From NCBI GenBank assembly GCA_944393375.1, contig CALXZX010000001.1, positions 6,988 through 70,987 of the forward strand: 64,000 bases of DNA. The letters are read 5' to 3'. This DNA is from an uncultured Clostridia bacterium (lineage in GTDB: Bacteria > Bacillota > Clostridia > TANB77 > CAG-508). A model generated the notes under the pieces. It did no database searches, was not told the origin of the DNA, and saw only the letters and a list, made by a program, of their open reading frames with translations. The translations under genes were made by a program, and so were the position numbers. Every line of letters begins with the position of its first letter. Position 1 is the first letter of the stretch. Positions 58,325 to 64,000 of this stretch are shown here, in pieces.

Positions 58325-60301
58325 TTATAAATGTTCTACTAAAATTTGAGAAATTGTAAATATTTGTAATACCAAAATAGATATCCCCACAAATTTTGTA
58401 ACTTTTTCCTCATTGTATAAAGATTTTACTTTTACAACACTTCCTAATAATAACATTACTAATGGTAATATTGGTAAGAAATATCTACCTTGTATACCTG
58501 CTATACTTGTTTGTCCAACAGTTGTCCATTGAACGTATAAACTTGTAAATATTAATCCTACAATTGCTAATATAACTAATGATATCCAAACTATTTGATA
58601 TCTTTTAAATTTATCTTTTAACTCATTATCTGTAATCGCTGTAAATAGATAAATTCCTAAAAATGCATATGGTACAATAGAATATAGTTTAATTAACTCT
58701 CCCCATCCTAAATCGGCTCCAAATAGAGATAATAAATAATTACTACCATTAAGATTGAACGTATATAAGACATTTTGTATGTATAAAATTGGATTTTGTA
58801 ATGCTAGTAGTACTTGAATTTTCGAATCTCCTTCTCTAAATGTAGACAAATATCTACTAGATATTGCTAACCAAATTAGATTTATCATCATCGCGATTCC
58901 TGCTATTATGCAGAAGTTTAATATTTTATTTTTATTCCCTGCATTTTTAAATTTTTCTTTTGGAATAATTAAAATTAATCCAACTAATGGTATATATACA
59001 ATCTTACACAATGCAATGACAATAGATGAAATAAGCAGAATCACTTTTTCTTTCATTTCCAGTTGTTCTTTTTTTTCAAAGGCTAAGTGTAATATATAAG
59101 CAATATAGAAAAAGGCTACAGAAATTGTCATAGAATCAGGAGATAAAGATGTAAATCCTTCAATTGCAATTGGTATCATTGCTGGTACTAATAACAATTT
59201 TTTCCCAAACGGAATAAGTTTTATTGCAAAATATAATACTAATAATGCAAATATCATGTTAACGATTCTTCCACCATATGTTATCAAATATACATTATCT
59301 GTCACTAATCTTGCTAAAGCTATACCTGTTGCTTGTGGTATATATTGCACAAAAGAATATACAGCTGCTGTTTCTGGATTTAGGATTCCTTTATTATCTT
59401 CGTTTAGTTTTATATTTAAGAGTTCTTTCATTGTTTGGTAATCTAATTCTGTCCAATTGGTTGGAAATACCTTTGACACACCTTCTGGCATCATTGACCC
59501 TTGTACACCATCTTCTTGTGGTGTCATTAGCGTTCCTTGTGATACTTCATATGCTTTTAGCCAATGATAATATTCATCATGATTTTTGAATGTTGGCATT
59601 GTTACTAAAAAAAATATACATGCAAATGGTGCTATCATTAAAAAGATATTCTCAATCTTCATACTTTTTTTATAATATATAATACTTGATACAATATAAA
59701 CTCCTAATATGAATATAATTAAAATAACAGAATATATGATTGTTCTGATATTACTTTTATATAAGTCTTGAAAAATGATGGAAGCTCCTTGTATTTCTTC
59801 GCCATTAATGGTTAAATGGTTTTTCAAAAATTCGTTTTTATCTGTATATTTAACACTATAAAATTTATTAGCATCTTCCAAGTCATTAAATCTTATAAAA
59901 ATTTGATATTCTTTATCTTTTGAATCTTTTTGTTTTGGGAATTCTAATGTATATTGTGAGGTTTCTCTTACATAATTACGTAAAATCTCTCTTTCTTGTA
60001 TTACATTTCCATTAGCATCTTTTATCCCTACTGTTACTTTTCCACCACAATTCACATCCACTTTATATGGTTCAAAATCTATTTTTACTTTTTTTAAATT
60101 ATTATCAATCGCAACAAAAGTTTGTACAATTTCCGTTCCTGCTGAAGCATCTTCTAATGTTCCAGTTTCTTCTTGTATTTCTCCTGTTGTATAAAGTTTT
60201 TCTTCTATTTTAAGTGAATAATTTGCTATTAAAACAATTATCAAAACTGCTATTGTTAAAATACCATAAAATTTCCAATCTTTTTTTAAATTTATCTTCA
60301 T
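58325..60301 (-). CDS. Large polytopic membrane protein with N-terminal extracytoplasmic domain (DUF2142/GT-C-like, polysaccharide-associated)
   Basis: 658 aa; TM anchor, ~180-aa soluble domain, then >10 TM with HDEYYHWLKAY segment. Confidence 0.45.
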   Translation of the reverse strand: MKINLKKDWKFYGILTIAVLIIVLIANYSLKIEEKLYTTGEIQEETGTLEDASAGTEIVQTFVAIDNNLKKVKIDFEPYKVDVNCGGKVTVGIKDANGNVIQEREILRNYVRETSQYTLEFPKQKDSKDKEYQIFIRFNDLEDANKFYSVKYTDKNEFLKNHLTINGEEIQGASIIFQDLYKSNIRTIIYSVILIIFILGVYIVSSIIYYKKSMKIENIFLMIAPFACIFFLVTMPTFKNHDEYYHWLKAYEVSQGTLMTPQEDGVQGSMMPEGVSKVFPTNWTELDYQTMKELLNIKLNEDNKGILNPETAAVYSFVQYIPQATGIALARLVTDNVYLITYGGRIVNMIFALLVLYFAIKLIPFGKKLLLVPAMIPIAIEGFTSLSPDSMTISVAFFYIAYILHLAFEKKEQLEMKEKVILLISSIVIALCKIVYIPLVGLILIIPKEKFKNAGNKNKILNFCIIAGIAMMINLIWLAISSRYLSTFREGDSKIQVLLALQNPILYIQNVLYTFNLNGSNYLLSLFGADLGWGELIKLYSIVPYAFLGIYLFTAITDNELKDKFKRYQIVWISLVILAIVGLIFTSLYVQWTTVGQTSIAGIQGRYFLPILPLVMLLLGSVVKVKSLYNEEKVTKFVGISILVLQIFTISQILVEHL

Positions 60302-60355
60302 TACTTATCTCATCCTTTATTATTTTCGTTTGTTTTCTTCTTATGAATTCATATT

Positions 60356-60709
60356 TTATTTTATATTTAGCAAAATAACTCCAACAATAATCAAAGCAAT
60401 TCCACCTATTGCATAAGCATTTAAATGTTCTTTAAAAATAAAAACACCTGCTATTATAATTAAAATTTGTGTAATTCCTGTAATAATTGGGTATATATAA
60501 CTTAGGTCAAAGTTTTTAATAATATAAAATGTATAAATTAAAAAGCTACCAATATATGCAATAAAGCCTAGCATTGCTTTTAAGCCCATAGAAAAATTAA
60601 ATGTACCATCTTGTATAGCAATTTGTATATTACTTGATCCTGCTTTTACTAAAACAAGACCTCCTACTGTTAAAATCAAATATATGATAATACTAAGAAT
60701 TTTCATCAT
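60356..60709 (-). CDS. Small 4-TM DMT/SMR-like protein (ArnE/ArnF-like lipid-linked sugar flippase subunit)
   Basis: 117 aa, EamA-like half. Confidence 0.55.
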   Translation of the reverse strand: MMKILSIIIYLILTVGGLVLVKAGSSNIQIAIQDGTFNFSMGLKAMLGFIAYIGSFLIYTFYIIKNFDLSYIYPIITGITQILIIIAGVFIFKEHLNAYAIGGIALIIVGVILLNIK

Positions 60710-61073
60710 CTGTTTCCTCCTTTATTCTTTTTTCTAACTTTTCTACTTTTGCTGATAATATTGCATTTTCTTGTATTAAAGTTGTAACTTTTTCAAATAG
60801 TTTTGAAAATGCCAAACTAATATAAAATATTATAACAATTATTAAAAATAGACAAATTAGGAATAAAGCATTTGTTGGCTCTGCTATATGTAACACTTTT
60901 GAAATCCCAATAACAATATTCGGAAAAATAGCACAAAGCAATGTTATAAATCCAAAGCATAGCCATAAAAGTGTATATCGATAAGATAATTTTTTCTTTT
61001 GTGTAACTGTTAAAATAAATATACAAAAGAAAAATGTTGCTAAAATTAAGATTATCTGTAATCCACGATCCAT
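60693..61073 (-). CDS. DUF2304-like small membrane protein with C-terminal coiled coil
   Basis: 126 aa; typically paired with polyprenyl-phosphate GT2. Confidence 0.5.
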   Translation of the reverse strand: MDRGLQIILILATFFFCIFILTVTQKKKLSYRYTLLWLCFGFITLLCAIFPNIVIGISKVLHIAEPTNALFLICLFLIIVIIFYISLAFSKLFEKVTTLIQENAILSAKVEKLEKRIKEETDDENS

Positions 61074-61110
61074 ATTTTATATCCTCCTCTTATTATAAAT
61101 AATTTAGACA

Positions 61111-61809
61111 TTATATTTCTCTATTCTTAAAAATACATGCCAATACAACAGCTAGTCCTACCTTTACAGCATAATATATTGATTTTATTGGAGTTATTGA
61201 AGATGATCCACTATCTCTTTCTTTCATCTTCATTGGAATTTCTATGATTTTAAAATCATTTTTTGCTATAAAAGCATTTGTTTCTGGTTCTGGATAATCA
61301 ACCGGATAATTTTTAGCAAATAGATTTATTACTTTTTTACTTGCTGCTCTATATCCTGAAGTTGTATCTTTAATTTCTTTTTTCGTAAATAACTTTATAA
61401 TTTCAGAATACAGTACAATTCCCATTCTTCTAATAAATGTAGATTGAAATCCTTCTTTTTCCAAAAATCTAGACCCTATTACCAAATCATTTCCTTCTTT
61501 AACTTTTTTGATAAGTTCTGGTATATATTTAGGATCGTGTTGGCCATCTGCATCCATTTGAATTGCCACATCATAGTCATTTTCATATGCATATTTATAT
61601 CCTGTTTGGACTGCTCCACCTATCCCCAAATTAATAGGTAAATGTATAATATGAAAATTATTTTGTTTTGCTATTTCTAATGTATTATCTTTTGAACAAT
61701 CATCTATGATTACATAATCAACATCAGGGCAAATTGATTTTAAATTTTCTACAGTATTTACGATTGCTCCTTCTTCATTATATGCTGGTATGATTACTAG
61801 TGCTTTCAT
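61111..61809 (-). CDS. Polyprenyl-phosphate sugar synthase (GT2, DPM1/GtrB-like, soluble form)
   Basis: ALVIIPAYNEEGAI...IIDDCSKDNT...QMDADGQHDP. Confidence 0.8.
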   Translation of the reverse strand: MKALVIIPAYNEEGAIVNTVENLKSICPDVDYVIIDDCSKDNTLEIAKQNNFHIIHLPINLGIGGAVQTGYKYAYENDYDVAIQMDADGQHDPKYIPELIKKVKEGNDLVIGSRFLEKEGFQSTFIRRMGIVLYSEIIKLFTKKEIKDTTSGYRAASKKVINLFAKNYPVDYPEPETNAFIAKNDFKIIEIPMKMKERDSGSSSITPIKSIYYAVKVGLAVVLACIFKNREI

Positions 61810-61881
61810 TATTTCCTCCTATTACTTCATAAATTCTATACAAATTAACAAAAATTATTTATTTTTAATGTTATGTTTACT

Positions 61882-63363
61882 TTAAAAAACACATAAATGC
61901 ATAACATTATTTTCAAAAATAATTTGTTCTTCAGAAAAATAATCCCATGATTTTTGTTCAAATTGTTCCTTTATTTCTTGATTACTTTCTACAACATTAA
62001 ATTCTCTACCTGTATACAATTTTAGTATCCTGCTTACACACCAATCAGCAGAATACGCTTTAATATTAATGTCTCCTGATGCTTTTAATTCTGGGTATAC
62101 ATATTGTGGTGTTTTATCTCTATAAATGGCAATTGTATCAATTGTATTTCCTGTTTCTTTTTCATAGTTCAATATTTCTTGATTAATTTCTAAACTTACT
62201 TGTTTATCTATATAATTTCCAATATAATTGTCTCTTGTATAATTCATAAAATATACATATTGTATCAACAAAAATATAATTAATATGCAAATAATGACGT
62301 TTTTCATTATTTCTTTTATATCAAATTTTGAGAATAAATACAATACTAAAATTCCAATAATGGCTGCCATTGGATATGAGCTTCTAGCAACAAACCATAT
62401 TGAATTTGTATCTTGTAACATTTGTGGAGCTACTGTGGCAAATAATGTACCTACAATTAAATAAAATGCTCCTAATATTTTCAAGGCTTTTTGTTTTGCA
62501 TTTATATTTTCTCTTATCGCTTTATAAATAATGATTCCTAATATAATAACTATAACTACTAAAAATAAATATTTTGGTAATAAATCATAGCTATTTACTA
62601 ACATTCTTTTTGTTCCATCAATCACCTTCATAATTGATTCAGACAAAATCAGTTGTCCATTTACTCTTGTATTTGTAAAGAAAAATCGCACTAATAAGAA
62701 ATTCAATAATGCTGGAATTCCATATGTTAAAGCAACAATTACATTATTAGCAATAAATTGTTTTACATTTTTTGAATATTTTACAATATAGATTAATGAT
62801 ATAGCAACAAATAATCCAACAGTTCCCTGATAACAACAGTTTGCTATTACCATTAAAATTCCTGCCCATATAATAGATTTCTTATTTCCTTGAAAAAACT
62901 TATCCATTTGTTCTACTGCTAATACACATATTAAAACAGATAATACCATAATTCCTTTTTCTATGTATAAAAATAATTCTAAAGAAAATGGATTTATTAA
63001 TATCAAAGTAGCTATTATAGCACTTAGTATATGATTTTTTATATCTTTTTGTATTAGTTTATTCAATCTATATAATGCAATTATTATACAAATAACTGCA
63101 AATACATACGATAATATATATGTCCATTCACTACTTAATTTTAGTATTCCCATGACTCCATATGCTGCAACTGCCGTTACAATTCTTCCACAAGATAAAA
63201 AGTGTTTTACACTACTCATTAATTCATTTGTAAAAACGCTATAAGTATCTGGAGCATATTGTAATTTACAAAGTGCTCCAAAAAATACAATTGCTATTAT
63301 GGTAAAAATATATAAATCCTCATTTTTTATAAGTTCCTTCATTTTACTTTTTAAGTTTTCCAT
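61882..63363 (-). CDS. Polytopic membrane glycosyltransferase-like protein (GT-C/GtrII-like)
   Basis: 493 aa, ~11 TM then soluble C-terminal domain; downstream of polyprenyl-P sugar synthase and flippase. Confidence 0.45.
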   Translation of the reverse strand: MENLKSKMKELIKNEDLYIFTIIAIVFFGALCKLQYAPDTYSVFTNELMSSVKHFLSCGRIVTAVAAYGVMGILKLSSEWTYILSYVFAVICIIIALYRLNKLIQKDIKNHILSAIIATLILINPFSLELFLYIEKGIMVLSVLICVLAVEQMDKFFQGNKKSIIWAGILMVIANCCYQGTVGLFVAISLIYIVKYSKNVKQFIANNVIVALTYGIPALLNFLLVRFFFTNTRVNGQLILSESIMKVIDGTKRMLVNSYDLLPKYLFLVVIVIILGIIIYKAIRENINAKQKALKILGAFYLIVGTLFATVAPQMLQDTNSIWFVARSSYPMAAIIGILVLYLFSKFDIKEIMKNVIICILIIFLLIQYVYFMNYTRDNYIGNYIDKQVSLEINQEILNYEKETGNTIDTIAIYRDKTPQYVYPELKASGDINIKAYSADWCVSRILKLYTGREFNVVESNQEIKEQFEQKSWDYFSEEQIIFENNVMHLCVF

Positions 63364-63387
63364 TTTTATTTTTTCTCCTATATTTTA

Positions 63388-64000
63388 TTATAGTTCCTCA
63401 GCAAATCCCTTTTGTAATTTATTAAATATTAAATATCCTATGACAATTGCTACTAAAACAACTGCAATTAAAATCAAAATACTTTGAATGTCTGGCATTG
63501 TTTGATTATAAAAAATGTCACGATATCCCTCAATAATATATGTCATTGGATTTAATTTTAATATCCATGCTGCTTCTGGTGGCAATGTTTCTACTGAGTA
63601 CACAATTGGTGTTGCATAAAATAGTAATTGTAAAAATATACCTATAAAATGTTGTAAATCTCTTACATACACACAAATACTAGAAACAATAAAAGATATT
63701 GCTAATAATAATAAGTACTGTGCTATAAATATTAGTGGATATACTAGAATATATTTTGTTATACCAATTCCACTAAAAATGACAAATGCAAATATGATAA
63801 TAGTAGAAATTAAGAAATTTACTGCTTCACTAGTAACAACAGAAATTGGTAATATCTCTCTTGGAAAATATACCTTTTTTAGAATATTCCCGTTTTCTAT
63901 CATCGTAAATGCTGATCTTGAAATAGAAGTTGAAAAAAATGTCCATGGTATTAATCCACAACACAAGAAAACAACATAATTTTCTTGTGGATTTTTTAAA
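63388..64000 (-). CDS. ABC-2 type transporter permease (TagG/Wzm-like), N-terminus beyond window end
   Basis: C-terminal part ...NPMTYIIEGYRDIFYNQ...; reading frame open to position 64000. Confidence 0.75.
   Translation of the reverse strand, partial: LKNPQENYVVFLCCGLIPWTFFSTSISRSAFTMIENGNILKKVYFPREILPISVVTSEAVNFLISTIIIFAFVIFSGIGITKYILVYPLIFIAQYLLLLAISFIVSSICVYVRDLQHFIGIFLQLLFYATPIVYSVETLPPEAAWILKLNPMTYIIEGYRDIFYNQTMPDIQSILILIAVVLVAIVIGYLIFNKLQKGFAEEL

Overview
This is a low-GC (roughly 25-30% by eye) Firmicutes/Clostridia-type chromosomal segment. It is densely coded, and most genes lie on the minus strand.

**Housekeeping genes**
- secA (3' end outside the window), guaA, murD and uvrB.
- A monofunctional peptidoglycan glycosyltransferase and oligoendopeptidase F.

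**Energy and nucleotide metabolism**
- An electron-bifurcating-type [FeFe]-hydrogenase operon (NuoE-like, small 4-Cys protein, NuoF-like, HydA) containing one extra small membrane ORF.
- A fused uracil permease/uracil phosphoribosyltransferase gene with a leader terminator.

**Sporulation-flavoured genes**
- A YtvI-like AI-2E transporter and an orphan dpaB-like flavoprotein.
- A membrane-anchored amidase.

**Surface proteins and regulators**
- Two wall-anchored surface proteins with an unusual LPxAG sorting motif. One is a 997-aa repeat adhesin followed by an ECF sigma/anti-sigma pair.
- A LysR regulator with two flavodoxin-like proteins and an SDR oxidoreductase.
- Three tandem paralogs of a polytopic membrane protein family.

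**Resistance-type modules**
- A BceRS/BceAB/YxeA-like peptide-antibiotic resistance module.
- An ARE-type ABC-F ATPase upstream of the module, preceded by a promoter, coupled uORFs and an SD-sequestering terminator hairpin.
- An MqsR-like toxin plus an MqsA-like/Panacea(DUF4065)-fusion antitoxin, inserted between the two-component system and the transporter.

**Cell-wall glycopolymer locus (to the window end)**
- Several GT2/GT4 glycosyltransferases.
- Two lipid-linked sugar modules: GtrA/GtrB-like, and an SMR-like flippase with DUF2304, GT2 and a GT-C-like membrane protein.
- An ABC-2 permease that runs off the end of the window.

**Recurring anomalies**
- Four genes appear frameshifted: a HAD nucleotidase, the amidase, a GT2 and a GT4. 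Two of the shifts fall in short homopolymer tracts.
- Sequence-only regulatory signals were seen: shared palindromic operator-containing promoters, a 29-bp perfect inverted-repeat pair, and a BceR-type box.

No rRNA, tRNA, CRISPR array or obvious transposase was seen.
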